64,000 nt of DNA from Patescibacteria group bacterium (GCA_038061795.1 JBBTYL010000002.1:13193-77192), one strand, 5' to 3'. Positions 45,224 to 54,296 are shown, counted from the stretch's first letter. Program-made: numbers and translations. Notes: a model not told the origin generated them from the letters alone.

Positions 45224-46036
45224 TCAACAAACCGGAATTGTGTATGGTCCTGAATGGAAGATGGCGTGCGAGCAATCCATTCTAAGAAATTCGAGTCGTC
45301 TTGGCGGGGGGCGCTCCTTGATGATCAAGGTCGCCAAGGCGACCCGAATTCCTTTACCCACAGCAAAAAACTGCCCAGCCCTCCCTGGCTGGGATGATGG
45401 ATGGTTGGCGTATCGAACCAAATCGGCAGTGCAGTGCAATTGCAGTTTGCCCAAGATATTCTTGCGGTGTGTTTCCACCGTGCCGAGGCTGATTCCCAAA
45501 GTTTCGGCGGTTTCCTTGTTCGTTTTTCCTTCGGCGAGCAATTGTACTATCTGACGTTCGCGTGGCGTTAATCTAAAACGCTGCATGCCGCCGATTGGGA
45601 GCGCTGTTGTCGCGCGGAGGTTTTGCCCGTTTACGTTGTTTGAGATTTTGGGCGTGAGGAAGTTTTTGCCGGAAGCCAAAGCTTCAATTGCTATGGGGAG
45701 CAGTTCCGCGGCGTCACTCTTGAGCAAATAACCGCACGCGCCAGCTTTCAGGACTTCATCAGCAAGGGATTCCGAGTCGTGCATGGTGAGAATCAACACT
45801 TTGGTCCGGGGCGATTCCGCTTTCAGGATGCGGGTGGCGTCCAGGCCATTCAATTCAGGCATGGAGATGTCCAAGATGGCGATGTCGGGTTTGAGTGTGT
45901 GCACGAGTTCGAGCGCGGTGCGGCCATTGGCAGCCTCGCCACACAGTTCCCATGTCGTCTGGCTGTCAATTACGCTTTTAACGCCTTGCCGAATCATGCT
46001 GTGGTCATCGGCAATGATGATGCGAAGATTTTTCAC
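45224..46036 (-). CDS. NarL/LuxR family response regulator (C-terminus apparently fused to unrelated DNA after LVRYA)
   Basis: IADDH, DISMP.LNG, LTMH, GYLLK, LTPRE, VETHRKNI..KL. Confidence 0.85.
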   Translation of the reverse strand: MKNLRIIIADDHSMIRQGVKSVIDSQTTWELCGEAANGRTALELVHTLKPDIAILDISMPELNGLDATRILKAESPRTKVLILTMHDSESLADEVLKAGACGYLLKSDAAELLPIAIEALASGKNFLTPKISNNVNGQNLRATTALPIGGMQRFRLTPRERQIVQLLAEGKTNKETAETLGISLGTVETHRKNILGKLQLHCTADLVRYANHPSSQPGRAGQFFAVGKGIRVALATLIIKERPPPRRLEFLRMDCSHAIFHSGPYTIPVC

Positions 46037-46292
46037 GTGAGATTATTCATTTGGTTGGGAGCAGTCTGGGGGGAATCCTCTGGCGAAAGGGGTACTGAGG
46101 CGAGCACTGTGACGCCTTCTGAATCTGATTCCACGTTGAGGTCGCCCCCCACCAAGGCCAGCCGCTCCTGCATGGCTGCCAGGCCAACGCCGGATTTTCG
46201 CAGGAACTTGGTGTCGGACGTAGCGGGTTGCGTCGGGAGGCCGTGTCCGAAGTCTTGAACTTCAACGCGGACCTCCTGGTGGTCACGGGCGA
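46037..46292 (-). pseudogene. NarX-type histidine kinase HATPase C-terminal fragment
   Basis: Minus-strand frame EVQDFGHG...GVGLAAMQERLALVGGDLNVES..GVTV. Confidence 0.7.
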
Positions 46293-46297
46293 GCCGG

Positions 46298-46675
46298 ATG
46301 TCCGATGAGGAATACAGCCTCCAGCGGACGGCCTTATTGGAGGAGAAACGCGGATTGGAAAAGTCGCTTCAGGGCGTCGGCCAACAAGTCGAAACTTGTT
46401 TGCAGCAGTCCGAACAAGCGCTTGAATTCGCCTGTGCGGTCCGGCAGCAGTTCACCAAGGGCGATTTTGCGACGAAGAAAGAGATCGTTGCGACCATTGG
46501 ATCGAACCTAACCCTGAAAGACAAAATCCTCATAGTTGAAGCCCGGAAACCGTTTTATCTGCTCGAAACTTCCCTCTGCCATGCCGAAGGTCAGAACGAG
46601 CCAATCGAACCTGAAAATACCGTTGCGACACAGGGACAAAAAGAGGCTTGCGCCTCTTCTTGTCCAAGTCTGTGC
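46298..46675 (+). pseudogene. Large serine recombinase C-terminal fragment (frame runs on to 46864 through the tRNA)
   Basis: SDEEY coiled coil, K.EIV..IGSNL.LKDK.L, ends CPSLC|PGEDSNL across the tRNA 3' end. Confidence 0.7.
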
Positions 46676-46756
46676 CCAGGAGAGGACTCGAACCTCCACG
46701 CCCGTAAGGGCTTATCCACCTCAAGGATAAATGTCTACCAGTTTCAACACCTGGGC
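46673..46756 (-). tRNA. tRNA-Leu(GAG)
   Basis: GCCCAGG/CCTGGGC-A, TATCC-TTGAGGT-GGATA, long variable arm, GGAGG-TTCGAGT-CCTCT. Confidence 0.93.
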
Positions 46757-46826
46757 ATGTATGTCTTCAAACAAAAAGACCCTCTCACTATAGCTGATAA
46801 CGGGTCTTTTTTCAATTTATTTCGTT

Positions 46827-47258
46827 TTATGCAGCAGCCTCTTCCTTCTTCTCTTCTGCCTTAACGCCGTGCTTCGTATCCGTATTCTGGTCCTTCTCGA
46901 TTGCGAGCATTCGTCGCATCTGTCGTCGGATTTCCTTCGTGGCCTTTTCTCGGACGAAGTAAAGCTTTGCTCGGCGAACCTTTGAGCGTCGTAGGAGGTC
47001 TATCTTGTCGATCATCGGAGTATACAATGGGAAAATCTTCTCGACTCCCACGCCGTCCATGACCTTTCGTACTGTGAATGTTCCTCCAGCTTCTGTTCCA
47101 TGCTTTCGGGCAAGAACAAGACCCTCAAACGCCTGAAGCCGTGTCTTTCCCTTTTCCTGGATCTTTTGCCAGACCTTTACTGTATCGCCAGGGCGAATAT
47201 CAAGAGTTTTTCGCTCTTCAACCTTGACTGATGAAATTACTTGAGTTTTTGTTGCCAT
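46827..47258 (-). CDS. rplS: 50S ribosomal protein L19
   Basis: RPGDTVKV..KI.E..K.R.Q.FEG, TFTVRK, GVGVE, KVRRAKLY; start at MATK. Confidence 0.96.
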   Translation of the reverse strand: MATKTQVISSVKVEERKTLDIRPGDTVKVWQKIQEKGKTRLQAFEGLVLARKHGTEAGGTFTVRKVMDGVGVEKIFPLYTPMIDKIDLLRRSKVRRAKLYFVREKATKEIRRQMRRMLAIEKDQNTDTKHGVKAEEKKEEAAA

Positions 47259-47292
47259 ATAGGTAGAGACAAATCTAACACAGACCCTTATT

Positions 47293-48060
47293 TTACGCAA
47301 CCCTTGGTACTCCAAGGAGCAGTCGTCGTATGGCGGCAACTTCGGTGATACCAAGCTCCTCAAAAGCATTCAAGAAGTCCGCTGGAAGGGGTGCCTTAAT
47401 AATAACTTTCTTTCTCATATAAGTAGTGAATTCGATGGAATACGCATGGAGGGCGTTCCTCTCGAACCCTATCTTGTTAGGTATGCCAGAGGCGTAGAGA
47501 CCGTCACAGACGACTGGATGATTCAAGGCTTTGAAGTGCACGCGGATTTGGTGGGTTCGGCCAGTCTTTGGTTCGACTTCAAGAAACGAATACCCTGCCC
47601 TATAAGCGAGCAGCGTATACCATGTCTCAGCTTCGCGAAGCTCTCCCCTAGCGCCTCGGGTGGCTGACCATCTTCGAAAATCTTTCGGGCTCCTACCAAT
47701 AGGGCGATTGATGATACCAAACTGATCCTTGATTTCACCATAGACAAATGTTAGGTATTTTTTTGTAAGTGTCCTCTCTTGGAACTGATCCTTAAGGCAG
47801 GCATGTCCATTTGCGGTTTTTGCAATCAAAATAACTCCGGAAGTATCCCGGTCGAGGCGATGAACAATTCCTGGGCGTTCGATGACTCCATACTCCTTGC
47901 TTTCAATCGGCTCTCCGACATTCTTCGCTCTCGGATAATTCTCAATGACCCAATCGGTAAGAAATGGCCCTTTTGATTTGCCGTCTGGATGCACGACAAG
48001 GCCAGCCGGCTTGTTTACCGCGACGATGTCCTTATCTTCGTATAATATAGGAATCTCCAT
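47293..48060 (-). CDS. RluA-family RNA pseudouridine synthase
   Basis: NKPAGLVVHP, RPGIVHRLDRDTSG, TGRTHQIRVH, LHA. Confidence 0.93.
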   Translation of the reverse strand: MEIPILYEDKDIVAVNKPAGLVVHPDGKSKGPFLTDWVIENYPRAKNVGEPIESKEYGVIERPGIVHRLDRDTSGVILIAKTANGHACLKDQFQERTLTKKYLTFVYGEIKDQFGIINRPIGRSPKDFRRWSATRGARGELREAETWYTLLAYRAGYSFLEVEPKTGRTHQIRVHFKALNHPVVCDGLYASGIPNKIGFERNALHAYSIEFTTYMRKKVIIKAPLPADFLNAFEELGITEVAAIRRLLLGVPRVA

Positions 48061-48092
48061 TATCTTTTTCAGATATTTCAAAAGAATAAATT

Positions 48093-48168
48093 TGGTGCGC
48101 GATGCAGGACTCGAACCTGCGGCCTACCCGGTGTAAACGGGTTGCTCTACCAACTGAGCTAATCGCGC
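48093..48168 (-). tRNA. tRNA-Val(TAC)
   Basis: GCGCGAT/ATCGCGC-ACCA, ACCCG-TTTACAC-CGGGT. Confidence 0.95.
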
Positions 48169-48260
48169 ATCATCACTTATTTATACACTAGACTCTTGCA
48201 AAGTTCAAGTTGAATATAATAGACCTTTATTGTGTATGTTGTATATGATATACTCTACTC

Positions 48261-48926
48261 ATGAAAACCAAGGAAAAAGCACGGGCTCGCCTTTTGCGCA
48301 AAAAGGGGTATTCAATAAACCAGATCGTGGAGGAGGCTAGATTTTCAAAGGCTAGCGTCAGCCTCTGGGTCAGAGACATCACGCTCACAAAAGCTCAATC
48401 AAGAAAACTCTCAAAAAGAGGAAGAAGTGTGGAGTCGATAGAAAAAAGAAGGATCAGCCGGCTGAAAAATGAACAAATTAAAAGAAGGCTTACGGTTGAT
48501 GCGGCGAAAAAAGATTACAACGCAATCTCATCAGAGGAACTGAAGCTTATCGGGATAATATTGTATTTAGGTGAGGGGGCAAAGACACTAAGAGGAAAAG
48601 TTGCGCTTGCAAATAGTGATCCTATAGTTATACAGATAATGGTAAAATTCTTAAGAGAAATATGTAACGTTCCTGGGAAAAAGCTTCGTGGGCAAATCCA
48701 TACATTTAAACATGCTCATATTTTAAAAACTGAAAAATATTGGTCAAAGATCACAGGAATACCTAGAAAGCAATTTTATAAGACCTATATTAAACCAAGT
48801 TCAGCAAGTCTGCAGAAGAGAAAGACCCTTCCATTCGGAACATTTGATATATCAGTAAATGATACAAAACTTCTACTAACGATATTGGGTTGGATTGAAA
48901 AAATAAAAGAATTAGCTCTAAAATAA
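48261..48926 (+). CDS. HTH plus LAGLIDADG-like protein
   Basis: LRKKGYSI..I......SKASVSLW HTH; IGIILYLGEG.K, NSDP, YWS. Confidence 0.65.
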   Translation: MKTKEKARARLLRKKGYSINQIVEEARFSKASVSLWVRDITLTKAQSRKLSKRGRSVESIEKRRISRLKNEQIKRRLTVDAAKKDYNAISSEELKLIGIILYLGEGAKTLRGKVALANSDPIVIQIMVKFLREICNVPGKKLRGQIHTFKHAHILKTEKYWSKITGIPRKQFYKTYIKPSSASLQKRKTLPFGTFDISVNDTKLLLTILGWIEKIKELALK

Positions 48927-48927
48927 A

Positions 48928-48965
48928 CAAAAACCGCTCCCTTGTATTCCTTGGGGCGGTTTTTG
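48928..48965. terminator. Bidirectional terminator
   Basis: AAAAACCGCTCC...GGGGCGGTTTTT between convergent genes. Confidence 0.65.
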
Positions 48966-48988
48966 CTTTGAAAATCTTTCTGGTGAGA

Positions 48989-49219
48989 TTACACCGTTGG
49001 GCTTGCTGGAGTCGAAGGGGTTGAAGAGACGCAATCGCTGCATGTCTTCTTGTGCGTGACGATCAAGTAGACCGCTGAAAGGCCAACTAGAATGTAGACA
49101 ACCTTGGAAATTCCGTATCCGATAAGATCAGCAAGTCCCGCGTTGAAGATTCCGATTACAAGCCAATTCAAGCCTCCGATAATGACCAAAACAAACGCAA
49201 TTTTATGCAATGCTTTCAT
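48989..49219 (-). CDS. DUF378 family small membrane protein
   Basis: LVIIGGLNWL.IG, VYILVGLSA. Confidence 0.88.
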   Translation of the reverse strand: MKALHKIAFVLVIIGGLNWLVIGIFNAGLADLIGYGISKVVYILVGLSAVYLIVTHKKTCSDCVSSTPSTPASPTV

Positions 49220-49315
49220 GTTTTTTTGTTAACTAATAATAATTGATATCTAGCGATAATTATACCTCATTCGCAAGATTTGTGTCATATTGCGTTATAC
49301 ACAGGGATTGTTTCG

Positions 49316-49390
49316 TGGTGCCCCTGGTTGGAATCGAACCAACATTGACGGCTTAGAAGTCCGCAGTTCTATCCATTGAACTACAGGGGC
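49316..49390 (-). tRNA. tRNA-Arg(TCT)
   Basis: GCCCCTG/CAGGGGC-ACCA, loop CTTCTAA. Confidence 0.93.
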
Positions 49391-49439
49391 ATTGGCGCAC
49401 ATTCAAGAATATAGCAGAAAAGACCTTAAAATGAAACGA

Positions 49440-49769
49440 TTACAGTGAAGGATCAGCCAGGCCCTTATACCCTTTCTTGACCTGCAGGCTGGCATTCTCA
49501 CGCGATTGGAAACGGCCAATAAGCGAATCAAGCTCACCCTTGTCGAAAATCTTATCTGTGGATTCTGCAGTTTCGGCGACTTTGAAATTGCCACTGCTTA
49601 TCTGCCAATAAAGATGGACGCCACCCGCGATGAGTGCCCCCGCGACGATAATAGTTGCGGTAAGCACGATTATCCAATCGACAAAGGCGTTCCTGCCGAT
49701 TTCTCTGAAAGCATTCCGTGTAGAAAGATGCGGCACTCTCATGAATTTTTTCTTAAAAAGGTTTGTCAT
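49440..49769 (-). CDS. Hypothetical single-TM protein at the end of the pil cluster
   Basis: TM segment; tight coupling to upstream genes. Confidence 0.6.
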   Translation of the reverse strand: MTNLFKKKFMRVPHLSTRNAFREIGRNAFVDWIIVLTATIIVAGALIAGGVHLYWQISSGNFKVAETAESTDKIFDKGELDSLIGRFQSRENASLQVKKGYKGLADPSL

Positions 49770-49770
49770 T

Positions 49771-50319
49771 TTATTTGGCTGATTTCTTAGTCAACGCCTC
49801 TATAGTCAAAGAAAGGTGCCATATATGCCCAGAAGCTGCCTTCTTCTTGCCTGAACTCTCGAGATCGCCCGAGGTATAAAGACGGATATCGTCCAACGTG
49901 GTACCAAGCGGCAGATTCTCCATGAGCATGAGAGCATTCATGACGCCTGGCCAAGAACCATCGATGTCGACTTTGGCCTTGATGTGAGATTCTTCGTTGG
50001 TTATGGCAGAAATCTCTAGCTCGGTCAGAGAATCAACGCCGACTTTCTCAATCCTCTCGATAAAATCGACGGCTGTCTCTTCCGGTATGAAAAAGGAAGA
50101 TAGTTTCTCTCGACTGACGGAAGTATCCTTATGTATATCAGTAAGCTCCTGTTCGTTTTGCTTTTTGATGCTTTCATTGGCCACCTCGTTGGCGGCGCTG
50201 ATATAATGCTCTGCTTGCACGACCGTCTTCTTATAAAGAAAAGCATAGCCAAAAGAGGCGCAAATGACTGTGCACAAGGCAAAAAGTATAAGCGTATAAT
50301 GTCGTTGATTTATTTTCAT
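49771..50319 (-). CDS. PilO-like protein
   Basis: N-terminal TM, coiled coil, G.W..V...L..MENLP; follows pilM/pilN. Confidence 0.65.
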   Translation of the reverse strand: MKINQRHYTLILFALCTVICASFGYAFLYKKTVVQAEHYISAANEVANESIKKQNEQELTDIHKDTSVSREKLSSFFIPEETAVDFIERIEKVGVDSLTELEISAITNEESHIKAKVDIDGSWPGVMNALMLMENLPLGTTLDDIRLYTSGDLESSGKKKAASGHIWHLSLTIEALTKKSAK

Positions 50320-50873
50320 GGGGTCAGGATGACTAGCTTAAGGGCGAAAGAAACGTCTTTGCTCTTGGCAAGATCAGAGATCGGCAGATCGATTTTCAAA
50401 ATAAGCGGGTTCTGTTCAAGGATCTTCTTGAAATTTACCAACGAATCCCTCGTCATGGCCTTGCCTTGGACGATTACCTCAAGAGAAGACGATGCTGTCT
50501 CCCCCGATGAACCGAGCTGAAAAGAGCTTATCGAAACCTGGGCTGGCTTGCGGAGAACGATTTCAGAAATTATCTGCGAAAATTCAGCGCTATCTTGGTG
50601 CTTCTTGAGATCTTCAATCAATGATTGGGCGCTGGCAAGATCATCCACGACAACATCAGTTCCCCTTTCCCGCCTGCTCTCCTGCAACGACTGAAGGTTC
50701 TTGATGGCCTCCTTTTCTTGCGTGTATGAGAAAATATACGCAGGTATGAGCGAAACGATGCCGGTCAGTATGCCGCAAGACACGAAGAAAATAAGCACGA
50801 TGAAAAGCCTCGTCCTGTATTCTTTTTTAAGAGATTTGATTTCTTTTTCTGGCAAAAGCGTATAGTGGATCAT
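50316..50873 (-). CDS. PilN-like protein
   Basis: LLP N-terminus, TM, V.G.A.TRD.L..F...L. Confidence 0.7.
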   Translation of the reverse strand: MIHYTLLPEKEIKSLKKEYRTRLFIVLIFFVSCGILTGIVSLIPAYIFSYTQEKEAIKNLQSLQESRRERGTDVVVDDLASAQSLIEDLKKHQDSAEFSQIISEIVLRKPAQVSISSFQLGSSGETASSSLEVIVQGKAMTRDSLVNFKKILEQNPLILKIDLPISDLAKSKDVSFALKLVILTP

Positions 50874-50885
50874 GACTAAGTTGAA

Positions 50886-51860
50886 TTATGGAAGCGCAAG
50901 GCCGGCTGATATTGCATAATCGAGCGAATCCTCGAAGGTGACGGCTGGAACGTAGTGGTCACCAGAAAAAGCATTCTGCCATACATGAGCGACTTGAAGC
51001 TGTATGCTGTGATCCGGAGAAAGATGAGAAATCTGGCTTATGGCAAGGGCATCGTGGCCTGAAACAATTATTGACTTGATCGGCTGGCCTTCGCCGTGCT
51101 CTGACCAATAGGTATATACCCTCTCAATTTCATGTCGCAATGAAAATATGTCATCGGACATATCAACCATGCTTTTGTTCCGTATGAGTTCTCCGCCCCA
51201 TGGCACGGTCGAAGTGAAGCAAACGACCCCGCTTGAGACGACATAGAGCCCAGTCTTCTTATTCATGACATTTACGATAAGCTGTGTCTCTTTGCTATCA
51301 TGAGGAACAACAGCGCGCGCAATTGCCTTGGCTTGGATTTCAAAAGACACGACAGTAAGTCCTGCAGCTTGAAAAGCATTTAGATAGCTATGAACAAGCT
51401 CGCGCGGCGTCACAGAAACGCTCACCATTGTCTTGCCAGCATTATTCATGGAATCTGGTAGAATATCGAAGAAAAAAATCGCATCAGCCGGCGAAAGCGG
51501 CACATTTTCTTCAAGCTTGAACTCTATGTTTTGACGGATCTGATCTTCATTCGTATCCGGCACTTCAGCCTTGAAAAGGTACATCCTTTCTTCGGGAAGC
51601 GAGGCTTTAACGGTTGTAAGCTTAAGCTCCTGGGCAAGCGATGTGAGTTCCTGTATCAAAGCTTTCTCATCCTTTATGTACCCTGAATCGACGATTCCCG
51701 GCTTGAGGCCGCGTGTGCCGTAACGATGAAGCGTGTAGCCATGGTGACTGGAAGAATATTCTATGCAACGGATAGCATCATCGGAAATATCAACGCCGGC
51801 ATATGGAATGTTCAGATATTTCGGTGGAGGAAATAATTTGAAAAAAGTCTTAGTAAACAT
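50886..51860 (-). CDS. pilM: Type IV pilus assembly protein PilM
   Basis: GVDISD..I, G.V..G.I, E..VPL, A..R, GG, GLAL actin-like fold. Confidence 0.85.
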   Translation of the reverse strand: MFTKTFFKLFPPPKYLNIPYAGVDISDDAIRCIEYSSSHHGYTLHRYGTRGLKPGIVDSGYIKDEKALIQELTSLAQELKLTTVKASLPEERMYLFKAEVPDTNEDQIRQNIEFKLEENVPLSPADAIFFFDILPDSMNNAGKTMVSVSVTPRELVHSYLNAFQAAGLTVVSFEIQAKAIARAVVPHDSKETQLIVNVMNKKTGLYVVSSGVVCFTSTVPWGGELIRNKSMVDMSDDIFSLRHEIERVYTYWSEHGEGQPIKSIIVSGHDALAISQISHLSPDHSIQLQVAHVWQNAFSGDHYVPAVTFEDSLDYAISAGLALP

Positions 51861-51878
51861 ACGAGTGTTTACTTGCCA

Positions 51879-52496
51879 TTATACCACATGATTTTTCGTC
51901 TTCTTATGCTTTATGAACTCTACAATGGGAGGAATGAACGAGGTGAGAATGATGGCAAGGATAATCGGCGTAAGGTAACGCTCCGCGTTGGGGGTGCTGT
52001 TGCCAAGAAGGTATCCGAGACCTAGCATCCCCCATGTCCAGACGAAACCGCCAATGATATTGAAACGAATGAAGGTTTTGTATTCCATCCCTGCTACGCC
52101 TGCGACTATCGGAGCGAACGTCCTTACGATCGGAATGAAGCGCGCGAAGATAATCGTCTTTTTTCCATGCTTTTGGTAAAACGCGTTAGCCCGCTCAATG
52201 TGTTTCTTATGGAAAAAGAGCGAATCATCCTTGGAAAAAATCATCGGCCCCGTCTTTTTGCCGAAGGAATAGCCGACGCTGTCACCAGCCACTGCCGCAA
52301 TGAAGCATAGAATCAAAAGACCCCAGATCGAGACGAGATCCTGCGAGGCCAGAAATCCAGCAGTAAACAGCAATGAATCCCCCGGAAAAAAGAATCCGAA
52401 AAACAGTCCTGACTCGGCAAAGATTATAAGAACGACGCCGAGCATGCCAAGCGTCCTTATTATGGCCAATGGATCAAGCAGGTCGTGAAATGACAT
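51879..52496 (-). CDS. DedA/VTT family membrane protein
   Basis: FAESGL..GFF.PGDSLLF.AG, ARFIPIVRTFAP; start at MSFHD. Confidence 0.93.
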   Translation of the reverse strand: MSFHDLLDPLAIIRTLGMLGVVLIIFAESGLFFGFFFPGDSLLFTAGFLASQDLVSIWGLLILCFIAAVAGDSVGYSFGKKTGPMIFSKDDSLFFHKKHIERANAFYQKHGKKTIIFARFIPIVRTFAPIVAGVAGMEYKTFIRFNIIGGFVWTWGMLGLGYLLGNSTPNAERYLTPIILAIILTSFIPPIVEFIKHKKTKNHVV

Positions 52497-52500
52497 AATT

Positions 52501-52830
52501 TTATTTCGCCTTAGTTCCTGGGGGAATCGTGGCGTTCGGTTCAAGAAGAGAAAAAGCGCCTTCAGAAGTCGACACAGCAAAAAGCATTCCGTTGCTTTCG
52601 AAACCGCGTATTGTCCGTGGCTCGAGATTCGTCACGAACATGCAGGTCTTCCCTACGAGCATCGCTGGATCTGGAAAATATGCGGAAATCCCGGAGACGA
52701 TTTGTCGTGGCGACGCTTCTGCAAAATCAACCGAAAGCTTTAAAAGCTTGTCAGTATCTGGGATTTTTTCAGCTGAAAGAACTTTTCCGGCCCGTATTTC
52801 TACTTTTGCAAAATCTTCGTATGAAATCAT
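52501..52830 (-). CDS. Stand-alone tRNA-binding OB domain (MetRS C-terminal/Trbp111/CsaA family)
   Basis: ISYEDF.KVEIR.G, DKLL, RQIVSGI, NL.PR...G.ES.GM. Confidence 0.9.
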   Translation of the reverse strand: MISYEDFAKVEIRAGKVLSAEKIPDTDKLLKLSVDFAEASPRQIVSGISAYFPDPAMLVGKTCMFVTNLEPRTIRGFESNGMLFAVSTSEGAFSLLEPNATIPPGTKAK

Positions 52831-52842
52831 GATAAATTCATA

Positions 52843-53229
52843 TTACCCTTTCGCTCTCTGCTTATCAAGAAAGCTCTGAAGGATAAGCGCAGCTGCGGAC
52901 GCATCGAGCATATCTGTCTTTCCTTGGAATCTTTCCGCGTTGTGGCTCGTCATGAATTCCGGCTCAAGATGCACAGTGAATCCCTCCTTTTCCATATCCA
53001 TCTTAAAATTGAGGCTTTCCGGAAGAATGACATTCGCTTCTCCTTTGTAATTCTTCGATTCCCCCATGACGATAACCTTCGTGCCATTTTCTTTCGCAAT
53101 ATCAGACACTTCCTTGATAAGGTTCTTTGAATTATTGAGTGTGATTACTGGCAAGGCAAATTCGCCCGCTTCGTCAGAGCAAGCAACTCCAACCATCTTT
53201 GAGCCGTAATCGATGCCAAGAATTCTCAT
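52843..53229 (-). CDS. ruvX: YqgF/RuvX family nuclease
   Basis: MRILGIDYG...VGVA.SD, E..TS, D..AA.LILQ.FLD. Confidence 0.9.
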   Translation of the reverse strand: MRILGIDYGSKMVGVACSDEAGEFALPVITLNNSKNLIKEVSDIAKENGTKVIVMGESKNYKGEANVILPESLNFKMDMEKEGFTVHLEPEFMTSHNAERFQGKTDMLDASAAALILQSFLDKQRAKG

Positions 53230-53290
53230 GAGCACAGTGTATCCTATGTTGAAATTTACAGCAAAATATGAGAGTATCTTCATACACCAA

Positions 53291-53377
53291 GGATGGGTGC
53301 CAGAGTGGTCTAATGGAACAGTCTTGAAAACTGTCGCCCGCGCAAGTGGGCCGTGAGTTCGAATCTCACCCCATCCG
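53291..53377 (+). tRNA. tRNA-Ser(TGA)
   Basis: GGATGGG/CCCATCC-G, ACAGT-CTTGAAA-ACTGT, long variable arm. Confidence 0.95.
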
Positions 53378-53404
53378 CAAAACAGGTATGATATAATATT
53401 CCCC

Positions 53405-53863
53405 ATGCAACCCCTCATCTCATGGGACGCTCCCGATCACATGTACACTGACAAGAGCAACGACTGGTATTGGTCAGTCGGCATCATTACCATTACGGCG
53501 GCGGCGTTAGCTTTCATTTTCAATAATTTCATATTCGGAATCTTCATCATTGTTGCGGCTTTTGCCTTGATTGTACACGCAGGCAAGAAACCAAAGATAG
53601 TCCATTGCGAAATAAACGACCGCGGGATCGTTCTTGATAACATCCTCTATCCTTTTCTTTCCCTTGAATCATTCTGGATCGACGCGCATGATGAACCACC
53701 AAGAGTGCTTGTGAGATCCCATAAGACGTTCATGCCATTCATAACTATATATATCGAGGAAGTGGATCCTGAAAAAGTCCGCGAAATTCTCCTCAACTAT
53801 ATTGCCGAAACCGAGCATCACGAGCCACTCGCTCAAAAATTGCTTGAGAAATTTGGATTCTAG
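53405..53863 (+). CDS. Conserved hypothetical membrane protein (2 TM plus PH-like domain)
   Basis: W.A..H....KS.DWYW, TM pair, I...GI......YP...L.SFW. Confidence 0.75.
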   Translation: MQPLISWDAPDHMYTDKSNDWYWSVGIITITAAALAFIFNNFIFGIFIIVAAFALIVHAGKKPKIVHCEINDRGIVLDNILYPFLSLESFWIDAHDEPPRVLVRSHKTFMPFITIYIEEVDPEKVREILLNYIAETEHHEPLAQKLLEKFGF

Positions 53864-53890
53864 CTGAAATATGCTAGGCTGTTTCGTATC

Positions 53891-53962
53891 GCTCTCATCG
53901 TTCAATGGATAGGACTCAACTTTGCGGAAGTTGAAATGTTGGTTCGATTCCAACTGAGAGCA
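53891..53962 (+). tRNA. tRNA-Arg(GCG)
   Basis: GCTCTCA/TGAGAGC-A, CAACT-TTGCGGA-AGTTG, GTTGG-TTCGATT-CCAAC. Confidence 0.92.
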
Positions 53963-53985
53963 CCGAATAAAATGTGCTGAATAAA

Positions 53986-54015
53986 AAGAAGGCGAGATTT
54001 TCATCTCGCCTTCTT
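53986..54015. terminator. Hairpin between tRNA-Arg and a convergent ORF
   Basis: AAGAAGGCGAGAT-TTTC-ATCTCGCCTTCTT perfect 13-bp stem. Confidence 0.7.
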
Positions 54016-54029
54016 GGGCGACCATCACT

Positions 54030-54296
54030 TCAAAAACTGAATGGGGTGCGGGGTCGAGGAAAGACCGGCTCGTCTTCTTCGACACGCCATATCGAAGGGC
54101 GACTAAAGCGTGACGGAAGAGTCTTCGGTGCTGGTGCAACAGGTTGCTCTGGCGGCACCCACTTCCCGGTACGTTTTTTCTCCTGCTTTTTAGCATACTT
54201 ACTACCGCCGCTAGGATTCTGCATAGCTTTCTGCTGATCAGTTCTATGTTTTTCCAACATCTGTCGGCGACGTGCTTCACGACTCAGTCTGCTCAT
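54030..54296 (-). CDS. Small basic hypothetical protein
   Basis: 88 aa, R/K/P-rich; AGGAG 6 nt upstream of ATG; followed by a terminator. Confidence 0.5.
   Translation of the reverse strand: MSRLSREARRRQMLEKHRTDQQKAMQNPSGGSKYAKKQEKKRTGKWVPPEQPVAPAPKTLPSRFSRPSIWRVEEDEPVFPRPRTPFSF

Larger units (their letters stand above)
39735..46675. mobile_element. Serine-recombinase genomic island integrated at the 3' end of tRNA-Leu(GAG)
   Basis: CTGTGC core at 39735-39740 and 46670-46675; recombinase C-terminus reads into the tRNA; the frame continues GGLDDVRA.. at the left junction. Confidence 0.75.
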
